Shown: in pieces, positions 15,243 through 27,253 of the stretch
Numbering within the stretch: position 1 is the first letter of the stretch
How the letters are laid out: every line of letters starts with the position of its first letter
Assembly (NCBI GenBank): GCA_965153455.1
Contig: OZ234494.1
Coordinates: 2,170,001-2,234,000 of the forward strand
Source of the DNA: Sphagnum compactum
Lineage: Eukaryota
Direction of reading: 5' to 3'
DNA: 64,000 bases
Notes under the pieces: generated by a model
What the model was told of the DNA's origin: nothing
What the model saw: only the letters and a program-made list of their open reading frames with translations
Databases searched by the model: none
Program-made: the position numbers and the translations under genes

Positions 15243-18200
15243 ATGTCGCCATGTCAGCAGATCAGTGTGGCAATGATTATGCCGCTAGTGCTGTGCGTTT
15301 GTATTCCCCTGACACGGGCCCAACCAGGTGCGTTAGTCGTAATGCGTGAATGATCCCACGTGCAGCAGGCCTTCCCCTTCTTAATCAATGCGTTGGGGTT
15401 AGATACACACTTTGTTTTATACTTGCAACACTGGACATAGACAACCATGTTAAAGTGCGACACACGCTGGTTGTCTAGCTTAATATCTGGTGTTAAAGTG
15501 CAGCGACATATATGTACTTCTTCTAATCTTGGGTCGAAGAAAATGGTCTAGATCTAATATAGATCGGAAAAAACTTCACAACTATATATATATATTTATA
15601 TGTGAGAAAATAAGTATGTTTCTCGTTTTGACCAATTTTGCAGGCTTTGTGAGCATCGACTGTGGAAGTTCTACCACTTACAACGACACGAATGGCATCA
15701 CTTGGGTACCAGACACTGGCTACACTTTCACAGGGAGAAACTACGTTACTAATTCTACGACAACTAATCCTCTTCACAATTTGAGGTATTTCCCCGAGAA
15801 CAGGGATAAGAACTGTTACGTCTTACCTGCAACTCCAAACAACTTCTATATGGTCCGCGTGAGTTTCTTGTATCCTGACTTTCTCAATTCAAGCTTCCGC
15901 CTCGAAATGGAGGCGCAGTTGGCAGCTACTATTACTTTCCAAGCGAATTCAAGGACTATTCCACAAGTCTACGAGGCCTACTTATCCACGACCAGAGACA
16001 CTATTTATGTTTGTTTGGCGCGCTCTACCACAGCGGACGTCCCTTTCATGTCTTCCCTGGAGTTGAGGCCGCTTGATACCAACAATATGTATAAGATTTT
16101 GGCTCAAGGGAACTACTTGTACAACGACTTTCATGCCAATTTTGGGAGCCCTACGCCGATCATAAGGTTCTTCCAATCTGTCTTAAACCCATGTATTCTC
16201 TTCTCATCCTCGACCTCTAAACTCCAAGCCCCTAATACACTGCAAGTGAAAGGATTGACCACGCAAAACCCATTGTCTTCGCCCGAAGGAGGAGTATAGC
16301 TGATCCAAGGAGCCGGTAGCTTGATAAGAGTGATAGCAAGTAGTGAAGGATCATCCAGGTGCTTTCGCATGGTCAGCTTGATATAGTTGAAAACCAACTA
16401 GGCGTGTAAAAGAAACAAAACACAGATCAGGCTGCAAATCTATCTTCGAACATTTCATGGGTGGTCAAGCTGTAGGACCATCCACAGTCCGTTTAATGAG
16501 AAGATTTGTGCAGACACATTTGGGTGCTAAACTTCTCTATGAGCTCTAACCATGTATGGCACGGGACGCGCAGGTACCCTGATGACCCATTTGATCGTCA
16601 ATGGAAGAACAATATACCTGGTGTCAATCCAATCTCCACCCAGCTGGCGATCAACACGACAAGTGTCTTTGTAGATTTCAATCATTGGAACAAGGTTCCA
16701 GAGATAGTGATGCAGACTGCGGACTCGAGGCCCAAAGGTCAATCTGTCACCATCACAACCTCATTCCTCCCGGACAACAACAATAACTACTATATTGCGT
16801 TTGACTTCGCGGAAATCTCTCCAGAAGCGGAGAACCAGTCGCGGAGTTTTAGCCTAGCTCTGAACGGCGAAACAGTTACGAATAATATCTTTGTTGCGAA
16901 CCTTGCTGGTGGGATGTATGTGGCGTTTGAACTCTACTACTACGACGTCCTGCTCAACAGCACAGGAACTATGAAATTGATTCCTGATCCGACTTCGCAG
17001 CTCGGACCCATTTTGAATGCTCTTGAGCTATTCGTGTTGACTGATCCTGCACCAAATCGAACTTTCCTCGCAGATGGTAAGCCAAGTCCACCATATCTAC
17101 AATGCTGATCGTTCGTGGAGATTGAACTTGGATGAAGTGTAGTAATGCAATCAAGGGGAATTGAGACACTTCTTGTCAGTAGGGTTCAACAACTCCACAT
17201 GTGTCTCTAACATTTGTGAATCTCTAGAACTCTTGTAATCAAGGCAAATTCGAGCAACCATTGTCTTTGCAGCAAAATATGGGTTTTCCTTTCAGGTAGC
17301 ACACCTTGGCTCATGACATGTGTCTGTGTGACCTAAACTTTGTGGATTCATTTAGTGAAATGCCAAATATACAATGGTGTTTGTTGTGGCGCATATAATT
17401 GCACTAGTAATAATATTGAAAAACTTGACATATTAGAGTTATCCGTAAAGTCATGCCCTGTTGGGCCTGAGGTGCACCCCTCATTCGATGCTTCATCCCC
17501 TCCTGGCTGTTGTCGGCAAAGTCATGAAATTTTATTAAAGAAGGGTATGAAATACTGAAACTCAGGATTAAATGCACCAGGCTCAAGAACATTTAGAGCT
17601 ACAGTACACATAGCAGCAGTGATTGGTTGAACCCGTTCACCAAAAGAAAGGACAGGGCAAACTCAGTTTAGCACCAAATTTGCTGCTAAACTGAGTTTTC
17701 ATGCCCAGTTGAAGCCCAGTGTACTTTTTTTCCTGTTTTTTGAAATCTCATCCCCTATGTGACCAAACAGGGGTTCCAGTGCCGTCTTTGCCTAATAACT
17801 TTATTATACTAATGTCAAATTGTAATATTAATGTATAATATGTGCCACAATACGCATCACATAATTTACATTGCAACTGATCAAACCACAAAGTTTATGA
17901 TGAGCCATGGGCCATGGCCTACTACTGCTGGAGGAACGACCATGTTGTGTTGTAGTGGTAGATTATGACCTTCATTCTTCTTGCTTTATTCTTGGACCTA
18001 GCTAACACAAATGTTTGCCTTCAATGTGTAATTTTACTAATATGAATTTATTGTGCAATTGATATCATGTTATAGAATTGTTCTAATTTTGTTGTAAATT
18101 TTATATGCCAAGTAGAAAACTCTTATCTCTTTCAAGTTTCTTAAGTGTCTCCTAGTATATTGTTAGGATTTGATCAAAGAATTACTTGAACATTTTAGGA

Positions 18201-19028
18201 GTCATAGCTGTAGGAAACTAATAAATCGTTGGTTTGTGGTTGATTGTGGTTGTGTAGCTCTTGCCATTGAGAGTGTAAAAGAATCTCTTAATCTCACTTC
18301 CTGGACTGGAGATCCATGTGTGCATACTCCATACGATTGGATCAAATGCAACAATGACATCATTCCTAGGGTTATTACTGTGTAAGTAAAAATATTCTCA
18401 TAAACCAAGAATATGTTGTGTGAGTCTGCACATGTTGTTGGGGATATCCAACCATTATTGGACATCGCCTTGACCATAAGGCTTTTCACCAGACTCAGAA
18501 CCTCTGTTTAAACTTGTGTTAAGGGTAGAGAAAATTTCAAGATCATAGTTTGAAGCTAATGAATCATATCTAGGAACTAATGTTATGGGATGTTTTCACA
18601 CCAAGGTGATGAACATTGAACAGATATCAAGACACAGAAATGTTATGTTTTAAGCTGCATTGATGGTTAACAACTAGACAGACTTGATTAGTTTGACCAT
18701 ATTAAATTTATTCCAAAAATGTCAATTGACTGTGCAACCAATCTAAAAATCATGTGCAATGAGCTTGATATTGAACATAAAGAAAAATAGAAAAAATAAA
18801 TTGTAATCAGGTCATGTCATTATTTATTACGGTGGTAATTGTAATCCTTTTGGAATTTTGAAGAAAGGCATCTGAAAGGGGGTACTATCCCTGAAACGGA
18901 CAGATACTCCTTATAGCCTGAGGTTTAATGCTTTTTGAAATTTCCATTGTTGGCAGGGATCTTTCCAACTACAATTTGACGGGTATTTTACCAGAAGCCT
19001 TAAACAATCTGACGGCACTTACTAAATT
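15243..19028 (+). pseudogene. N-terminal part of a malectin-like domain LRR receptor-like kinase (signal peptide, malectin-like domain, first LRR), truncated
   Basis: Exons approx. 15243-15327 (signal peptide MSPCQQISVAMIMPLVLCVCIPLTRAQP), 15644-16166 (GFVSIDCG...LRYFP...NCY...PFMSSLELRPL), 16574-17076 (RYPDDPFDRQW...LGPILNALE), 18258-18381 (SWTGDPCVHTPYDWIKC), 18957-19028 (DLSNYNLTGILPEALNNLTALTKL). No further LRR, transmembrane or kinase exons before the Helitron region. Confidence 0.85.
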
Positions 19029-19469
19029 GTAAGCAGTGTATGTACATTGTTCACCCTTTTTCTTCTGGGCATATATGCAAATTTGCCAATAGAGTTCAGG
19101 CTTTGAATCAAATTCTAGATCATTTACAATGATCCTTGCAGGAGAGGGCTCTCTACTATGATTGAAATCTATGCATGCATCAATATATATATATCCCTTC
19201 AAAGGTGGCAAGTTCCACACTCGATCTTGACTAGTTTGAACTTTGAAAGGAACACATTTGTAAGTGATATTAGATTGACACAAGAGTTTATGGTGCAAGT
19301 ACTAGAACTGGAGAACACACATCAATTAGATCCCATTAAATGTTGAGTAACCAAAGACCTAATTTTGAACTTCACTGTACCTAGCACTCTTTCTTTTTGA
19401 CAACAATGATTACAGCATTAACCACCTTGCTAACAACATTGCAAATGATGTGTAATAGGTGGCTAAACC

Positions 19470-20050
19470 ACCGACTCATCAACTTTGGCACCGAGCGAAG
19501 TGAATGCCAACACCGAATTGTACATGCGAATCTGATCTCGAAATTTGACACACTACTTTCTTTGCTGGTTAAAAGAACTTCCAGCTCTTGCGGTGTTGCA
19601 GGAAGATTCGGCAACATAACTTTGCCATTCTCGCAACACAGAAAAAATTGTGGGTTGTTGTTCGTCGAGTTTGCTGATCGTTCTTTGATCCACATTTTCG
19701 CGCTGTAGAATCCACATATTGTGTCCATTTCTCCACAATCCCATCGTCCCGGGGCTGACGCATCTCCGTCTCCAAACAATTGTAATGCGTCATTGCGAAG
19801 AGAAGGTTGTTCACGTTGCTTAACACGCCGTTCTCTCTGTAGGCGATTGCGACGTTCATGTGCAGATTCTGACGTGCCTTGAGCTGACGCATCTCCGTCT
19901 CCAAACAATTGTAATGCGTCATTGCGAAAAGAAGGTTGTTCACGTTGGTTAGCATGCCGTTCTCTCTGTAGGCGATTGCGACGTTCATGTGCAGATTCTG
20001 ACGTGCCTTGAGCTGACGCATTTCCATCTCCAAACAATTCGAGCATCTTG
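19470..20050 (-). mobile_element. Fragment of the Helitron RepHel N-terminal coding region, frameshifted
   Basis: Translation GEMDTICGFYSAKMWIKER...PQFFLCCENGKVMLPNLPATPQEL..., then after a 1-nt frameshift near 19548 VKFRDQIRMYNSVLAFTSLGAKVDES. These motifs are characteristic of the plant Helitron RepHel N-terminus. Confidence 0.85.
19754..20040. repeat. 129-bp (43-codon) tandem repeat in the Helitron ORF, ~2.2 copies
   Basis: GCTGACGCA... recurs at 19754, 19883 and 20012. Encodes LFGDG(N/D)ASAQGTSESAHERRNRLQRERR. Confidence 0.9.
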
Positions 20051-22268
20051 GGGTGAGGGGTTTCTCCTGCACTCTTCGAGGAAGGTCAAGGTTACACACA
20101 AATTAATTTGTAAATCCCTATCAAATCCAGATGATTTAAGATTAATGGAAAGTTCGCAAAGCTCTCAATGATCTAAAGCTAAACTAAAAGTCATCCTTCA
20201 GTTAGGTACAACATTTTCAACAGACTATGTGTTAAAGCTGACCATGTACTATAGGGGACCCATTTTGCAGCATGGCAGACGATTGATTGAACAACCAACT
20301 AACTAACTAAACTGCTAAAGGTGCCTACAAAGGCGCAGACAAGAATTCGTTGCCCATCTGGACGTGTTAGGATCCAGATGGGCAGTGATTCCAACTATGG
20401 AAGGTTACAGCTGAAGGTCAACAGAGGAATCACAACTGCCCATGCACCCAGTACCCGCTAAAGCAGAGCCGCTGAAGCCAATGACGTGCAAAAAGAATAG
20501 ATTATGGTGAAGTACATGACCACCAGAACAGGCACCCAATACTCGCTGAAGCAGAGCCGCTGAAGCCAATGTAAAGTGTAAGTGCAGGGTTGCATCATCA
20601 AGTGCACCATCCCACCACACTTGTACACACTGCTGCTAGCCCTATCAGACGTGTGCCACAGATGCAGTAGACGACAACCTCTCACGACCTTTTCAATCTA
20701 TGTTTACGTGTGTGTGTGTGTGTGCGTGCATGCACGTATGTCTGTTTTCTTTGAGAATCTAAATAGTCGGAATTGCCATCCTTACTGTCTCGCTCGCCGT
20801 CTTTTTTGATCATCTGCTCTCTTGCGTGCGCGCCTACACGTGTGTCTGTTCTCTTTGTGAATAGAATAGTAAGAAATGCCTAATGCACACGTGTGTGTTT
20901 AAAATAAATCAAACATGCACCTAAAACTGGTGGGTCTTTGCCGGTCCTAACCCACCCCATCCGGCTTAAACAGACATCCATCCCCGTCTGGTTTAAATAG
21001 ACGGCTGATGGGATGGATGAATTAAAAAATTAAAACTTTATATATATATATAAGATTATTTTTCATTTTTCTATTTTATTATTATTATTATAAACCAAAA
21101 AAAAAACACCGAAAACAGAGAACGAAAAAGAAAATGAAAAGAAGAAGACCACGTCCTCTGTATAGTAAATCTTGGGGGTGCCCCCCCTGGGGCCGAGAAA
21201 GTTTGTGCCCCGTGCCTAATGCATAGGTGTGTTTTAAAATAAATCAAACATGCACCTAAAACTGCTGGGGGCGGGGGGGGGGGGGTTATTTATTTCTGCT
21301 AGGGTTTTCTTCCTTGTATGATGCCATCCATGGATGGATGACGGGACGAATGAATGGACGGGTCGGACGGATGGAGGAAATGTCCGTCCGGTTGGATGAC
21401 GGGACGGATGACGGACATGGGAAAGCCACGCCCTTGCTATATTTAGGTGTGTGTGTATTTGACGGTACATATTACAAAATTACAACTACAAACTATAGTT
21501 CCAAAATAACGGCGTCCGCACAGTTTCACATAGCCAAACAAAACGGCCGCTCTCAAGGATTAAATGAGATAAAGAGGGACTGGATAGGTGTTGGACTATA
21601 TAGTGGGTGAAGGGCATTTCCAAAAGTAAGGGACCTAGAACGACACAATAGCCAAGTTTGGGCTCACATTTTGCAAATGTTCTCAACTCATGTGCTCTAC
21701 CCATAGTTAAAGCATGAGGAAAGCATTATCGGGAACTTGAACATATATATCATAGTCCCTGAACGGATTCAGCAAATGTTTGCCAAATAATTAATATATT
21801 TAGAATCTTAAACGTTGGCTCTGGATTTTTGAAAATTTTAGTATAGATAATATCATTAGCAAGAGACAACAAACTGTAACGACTATATAGCAATCCTGGT
21901 TTGTCTAAACTGTGTGTGATGGGTGTTTGGCCCCCATAGACCTGAGTTCTCAAATCTCAAATCTGACCCCCATAAACTTTTTTTTGTTGATTTTGGCATT
22001 CTTGGTAATTTTTTTTTTCAAATTTTAATTAATTTGAAAATTATATAATTAATGCTGAATTTGTTAAAGAGTATGATAAATCAGGAGAAGTAAATTAGGA
22101 GGGGGAAGGGTTCTTTACACCTTAAGTGTAACATCGTCACCCCCTTCCCTCTCGAGGAGTCCAATCTCACCAAAGACACCAACTTGAATGTTACTTGGAT
22201 CCAGCAGGACCTTGTGTTGCTGCAATGCAAATGACAACTTACCATGATTATTTAAATACTTGTGAATA

Positions 22269-22506
22269 TCAAAGTTTTGACTTGGAGAAGAGTTTAGAAG
22301 TTGTGGAAGCATGTGGACCCAATGATCTGCAATCGAGCCTAGCGCGCCAGCCACAAAGAAGATCAGCAACAATGTTCAGCCGATCTTGGCCCCATAAAAT
22401 GGAAACAGATTTGCCTTCAGGATCAAGAACTTGAAATGTTGGTGCTCCAATGCCACCAAGTTCCTGCACCTACCATCCCTCCCAAATCAGTTCCAGGCAC
22501 CATTAT
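22269..22506 (-). pseudogene. Captured exon of a DsbA-family protein (2-hydroxychromene-2-carboxylate isomerase / GST-kappa-like), copy 1
   Basis: VQELGGIGAPTFQVLDPEGKSVSILWGQDRLNIVADLL matches the G.FG.PTF...WGQDRL C-terminal signature. Preceded by an AG acceptor. Near-identical to ~36382-36616. Confidence 0.65.
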
Positions 22507-23281
22507 CGAGAAGTACAGTTTTAAAGGAGGAGCAAGAAAGTGAATTCTCACATGTTGCTCAGCTCTGCTTAAAGTCCAATTGCAAGGTACTCACCACAGG
22601 GTGGAAAATGTTAAATCGGCCAAGGATCGCAGCAATACTTTTGGGATTGACTACATTTAAGACCCTTGATCGATTCAACATATTCCACCTCAAGATCTGA
22701 GGCAGGATCTGGCCCCTCCGAAATCAACAACTATTTAAATAATTACTCATGTCTGGATCCTTCGCAGCTCACTCACAACTCAGGAAGAAGGTTCATACAG
22801 AGTGCAAAAGAAAAACCTACCTTCAAATATCACCCCAGGTCCTTGATGATTATATCAATTGAATAATAACATCAGCAGCAGCAGGGCGGCGGGACCCCCA
22901 ACCCCCTTCTCCTCGCTTTGCTTCACTTCAGAAGGCAGCGCGGACGGATCGAACGAAGACCAAATTCCGAAAAACAGAAAATGACGGAGAGCGGCCATGT
23001 GGATGCGAGAGCATGGAATCCGTCCGTCAAGGACGGATGGGAGGAGGCGGCCTGAAATTTTTTAAAAAATTCTTGGCCGGCAGACAACAGGCAAGCAGAT
23101 CATTGGGTTCCTTGATTCTCATTCGCACTCCGACATGGCAGCTCGATCGCATCACATAATCACTTCGTTGGAGATTAGAAAGCCTAAGATCAACTCCTAA
23201 TGAGATGTGATGCGCGGGAGCTCGCGAGGGTGGTTGAGAGGCCATCCCGCACCCGCGTGCACGCGGACACGTGTCTCACCC

Positions 23282-23560
23282 ACGCCCTCGGTATACTTAG
23301 CTACTGTCGGTGGCTACATGTCCGTCCGTCCGGTTGGATGACGGGACGGATGACGGACATGGAAAAGCCACGCCCACGGTATACTTAGCTACTGTCGGTG
23401 GCTACATGTCCGTCCGTCCGGTTGGATGACAGGACGGATGACGGACATGGGAAAGCCACGCCCTCGATATACTTAGCTACTGTCGGTGGCTACATGTCCG
23501 TCTGTCCGGTTGGATGACGGGACGGATAACGGACATGGGAAAGCCACGCCCTCGCTATAT
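23282..23560. repeat. 88-bp tandem repeat, ~3.2 copies, inside a Helitron unit
   Basis: ACGCCC(T/A)CG(G/A)TATACTTAGCTACTGTCGGTGGCTACATGTCCGTC...GAAAGCC starting at 23282, 23370, 23458 and 23546. Confidence 0.9.
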
Positions 23561-23683
23561 TTAGCGCCGGACGGATTTAGGGGAAGCTTCATTCGCACGG
23601 CTTCAGGGGAAGCTTCATTGTTCCTTTACTATAGATAACTAGTTTGAGCCCCGTGCATAATGCACAGGTGTGTGTATTTGATG

Positions 23684-23718
<35 letters not shown>

Positions 23719-23903
23719 ATAATTTTTCATTTTTCTATTTTATTATTATTATTATAAACAAAAACAAACACCGAAAAGAGAGAACGAAAAAGAAAATGAA
23801 AAGAAAAACACCCCGTCCTCTGTACAGTAAATCTTGGGGTGCCCCCCTTGGGGCCGGGCAAGTTTGTGCCCCGTGCATACTGCACAGGTGTGTGTATTTG
23901 ACG

Positions 23904-23952
<49 letters not shown>

Positions 23953-25332
23953 CATACATATATATATAAGATAATTTGTCATTTTTCTATTTTATAATTA
24001 TTATTATAAACAAAAAGAAACACCGAAAAGAGAGAACGAAAAAGAAAATGAAAAGAAAAACACCCCGTCCTCTGTACAGTAAATCTTGGGGGTGCCCCAC
24101 CTGGGGCCGGGCAAGTTTGTGCCCTGTGCCTAATGCACAGGTGTGTGTTTAAAATAAATCAAACATGCACCTAAAACTGCTGGGTCTTTGCCGGTCCTAA
24201 CCCACCCCATCCGGCTTAAATAAACATCCATCCCCGTCCAGCTTAAATAGACGGTTGATGGGATGGATGAATTCAAAAATTAAAACTTTATATATATATA
24301 TATATAAGATTATTTTTCATTTTGCTATTTCATTATTATTATTATAAACCAAAAAAAAACACCGAAAACAGAGAACGAAAAAGAAAATGAAAAGAAAAAC
24401 ACCCTGTCCTCTGTACAGTAAATCTTGGGGGTGCCCCCCCTGGGGCCGGGCATGAAGGGGCGGGGGGGGGTTATTTATTTCTCCCAGGGTTTTCTTCCCT
24501 GTACGATGCCATCTTCCCTGTATGACGAGATGGATGGATGGACGGGTCAGACGGATGGAGGAAATGTCCGTCCGAATGTCCGTCTGATCCGGACGAATTT
24601 AGGGGAAGCTTCATTCGTCCCGTGCCTAATGCACAGGTGTGTGTATTTGACGGTACATATATATATATATATATATATAAGATAATTTTTCATTTTTCTA
24701 TTTTATTATTATTATTATAAACAAAAAGAAACACCGAAAACAGAGAACAAAAAAGAAAATGAAAAGAAAAACACCCCGTCCTCTGTACCCTAAATCTTAG
24801 GGGTGTCCCCCCTGGGGCCGGGCAAGTTTGTGCCCCGTGCCTAATGCACAGGTGTGTGTTTAAAATAAATCAAACATGCACCTAAAACTGCTGGGTCTTT
24901 GCCGGTTTTAACCCACCCCATCCGGCTTAAATAGACATCCATCCCCGTCCGGCTTAAATAGACGGCTGATGGGATGGATGAATTAAAAAATTAAAACTTA
25001 TATATATATATATATATGAGATTATTTTTCATTTTTCTATTTTATCATTATTATTATAAACCAAAAAAAAAACACCGAAAGCAGAGAACGAAAAAGAAAA
25101 TGAAAAGAAAAAGACCACGTCCTCTGTATAGTAAATCTTGGGGGTGCCCCCCCTGGGGCCGGGCATGAGGGGGCGGGGGGGGGGGGTTATTTATTTCTGC
25201 CAGGGTTTTCTTCCCTGTATGATGCCATCTTCCCTGTATGACGGGACGGATGGATGGACGGGTCGGACGGATGGAGGAAATGTTCGTCCGATTGGATGAC
25301 GGGACGGATGACGGACATGGGAAAGCCACGGC

Positions 25333-25599
25333 TGTCATGGCCTAGGATATTTTTGGATACTTTTGGCAATGTCATGTCCTAGGATATTTTGGGATACTTT
25401 TGGCAATATCATGGCCTAGGATATTTTGGGATACTTTTGGCAATATCATGGCCTAGGATATTTTGGGACTAGTATGGCTCAGGGTTATAAAAGGAGATAG
25501 TCTGGGGAACAACCCTTTAGCAGATCAACACCAGTTGATGGATTAATAAAGCTTGTCTTGTCTTGTAATTCTCCACTTGTTTGTAGTCGGTCCATAACA
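25333..25599 (+). repeat. 5' LTR with 37-bp tandem repeats in U3, TATA box and poly(A) signal
   Basis: TCATGGCCTAGGATATTTTGGGATACTTTTGGCAAT units at 25335, 25372, 25409, 25446. TATAAAA at 25486. AATAAA at 25545. Confidence 0.95.
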
Positions 25600-25740
25600 G
25601 TTTGATCTGCTCCTTCTTCTTGTTTGTTTGTTTTGTTGTTTCAGTAAGTAGCTAGAGGTATATTGGAGTGAAACTTGGAAAGGTTATAGAAGACTATAGG
25701 ACGCTTCTACTCTCAAAGTTTCAAAAGAAAAGGATATGTT

Positions 25741-26240
25741 TTGAGAGAGATCCAAGCATCTGAAGTTTCAAGTGCAGATCTGGTTTTTTGGTTATATCTC
25801 CTTTGTGTAAGCTTTTTTGGGTCTGTAACTTTGTGATCTTATAGATCATATAGGAATATATGTGTGAGAGAAATTTCATGTCATTTGGACTTGTATTGAG
25901 AGAGATCCAAGCATCTGAAGTTTCAAGTGCAGATCTGGTTTTTTGGTCATATCTCCTTTGTGTAAGCTTTTTTGGGTCTGTAACTTTGTGATCTTATAGA
26001 TCATATAGGAATATATGTGTGAGAGAAATTTCATGTCATTTGGACTTGTATTGAGAGAGAGATTCAAGCATCTGAAGTTTCAAGTGCAGATCTGGTTTTT
26101 TGGTCATATCTCCTTTGTTTAAGTTTTTTTCGGTCTGTAACTTTGTGATCTTATAGATCATATAGGAATATATGTGTGAGAGAAATTTCATGTCATTTGG
26201 ACTTGTATTGAGAGAGATCCAAGCATCTGAAGTTTCAAGT
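25741..26240 (+). repeat. ~155-bp tandem repeat (3 copies plus a partial) in the retrotransposon 5' leader
   Basis: TTGAGAGAGATCCAAGCATCTGAAGTTTCAAGTGCAGATCTGG... recurs at ~25741, 25897, 26051 and 26208. Confidence 0.92.
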
Positions 26241-26278
26241 TTGAAGATTGAAAGCGCAAAAGTGTGAGAACTACCACC

Positions 26279-27253
26279 ATGGACAACTCAGAATCCAACA
26301 TCGATCTCACTCAAATCCTCGCCGCCCTTCAACACCTTCAACAAGAAAATGCCGTGCTTAGAGACTCGGTGACCCGCCTACAAAATCAGCCACCACCTCC
26401 TGCCCCAGTACTTCCTGCTCTTGCAATGGCCGCCTAAGAACCCAAGATCAGTCTGCCAGAAAAGTTTGATGGAACGCGCCTCAAATTTCGAGGCTTTGTC
26501 AGCCAGGTACGCCTGATCATGCAACTACACCCCCGTCGTTATTTTGATGACACCACTCGTGTAGGATTCGTTGGAACCCTACTCACTGGGACAGCTGCAG
26601 CATGGTTTGCTCCCATCCTGGAAACATCATCCCCTCTTCTACAAGATTTCAACGCCTTTATGGCGGAATTTGAAGCAGTATTTGGGGACAGTGATAAGGC
26701 CAGGACTTCAGCCAACAAGCTGCGTCGCCTCCAGCAAGGGACACGTTCGGCCATCGTCTACGCTTCAGAATTCAGGCAGCTTGCCTGTGACGTCAATTGG
26801 GGAGAAGTTGCCTTGATTGATCAGTTTCGCTGTGGGCTTCGTGATGATGTTCAAGATCTTTTGTTGACACTCGCAGACCCTTCTTCCTTCAGTGAAGCCA
26901 TCACCTAGGCAATTCGGTGCGATAATCGTCTGTTCGAACGTCGCTAGGAAAAGAAAGTCACCTCCAACGCCCAGCTTTGGAACAGTCGGCCTATTACGCT
27001 CCCCTTAGTTCCCCAAACAACACCAGTTGCCCGACCTGCCTCTTTTGGACCTGCTCCGATGCAGATCGACACAACTAAGTTTAAATCTTTGACAGAAGCC
27101 GAGAAACTTCGCCGAAGGACAAACAATCTATGTCTTTACTGTGACAACCCAGGGCATATAGCTCGTCAATGCCCTCAAAAGCTTGTCAAACTTCAGGTAC
27201 AAGCTGTGGAAACTCCCCAGGAGTTGGAAAACAAGAACATCCAGTCACAGTAG
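26279..27253 (+). pseudogene. gag: Retrotransposon gag with zinc knuckle, three in-frame stops
   Basis: ATG at 26279, EPKISLPEKFDG, LRRLQQG...[28 protein letters not shown] (CCHC). Premature TAA at ~26434 and TAG at ~26906 and ~26945. Confidence 0.92.
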
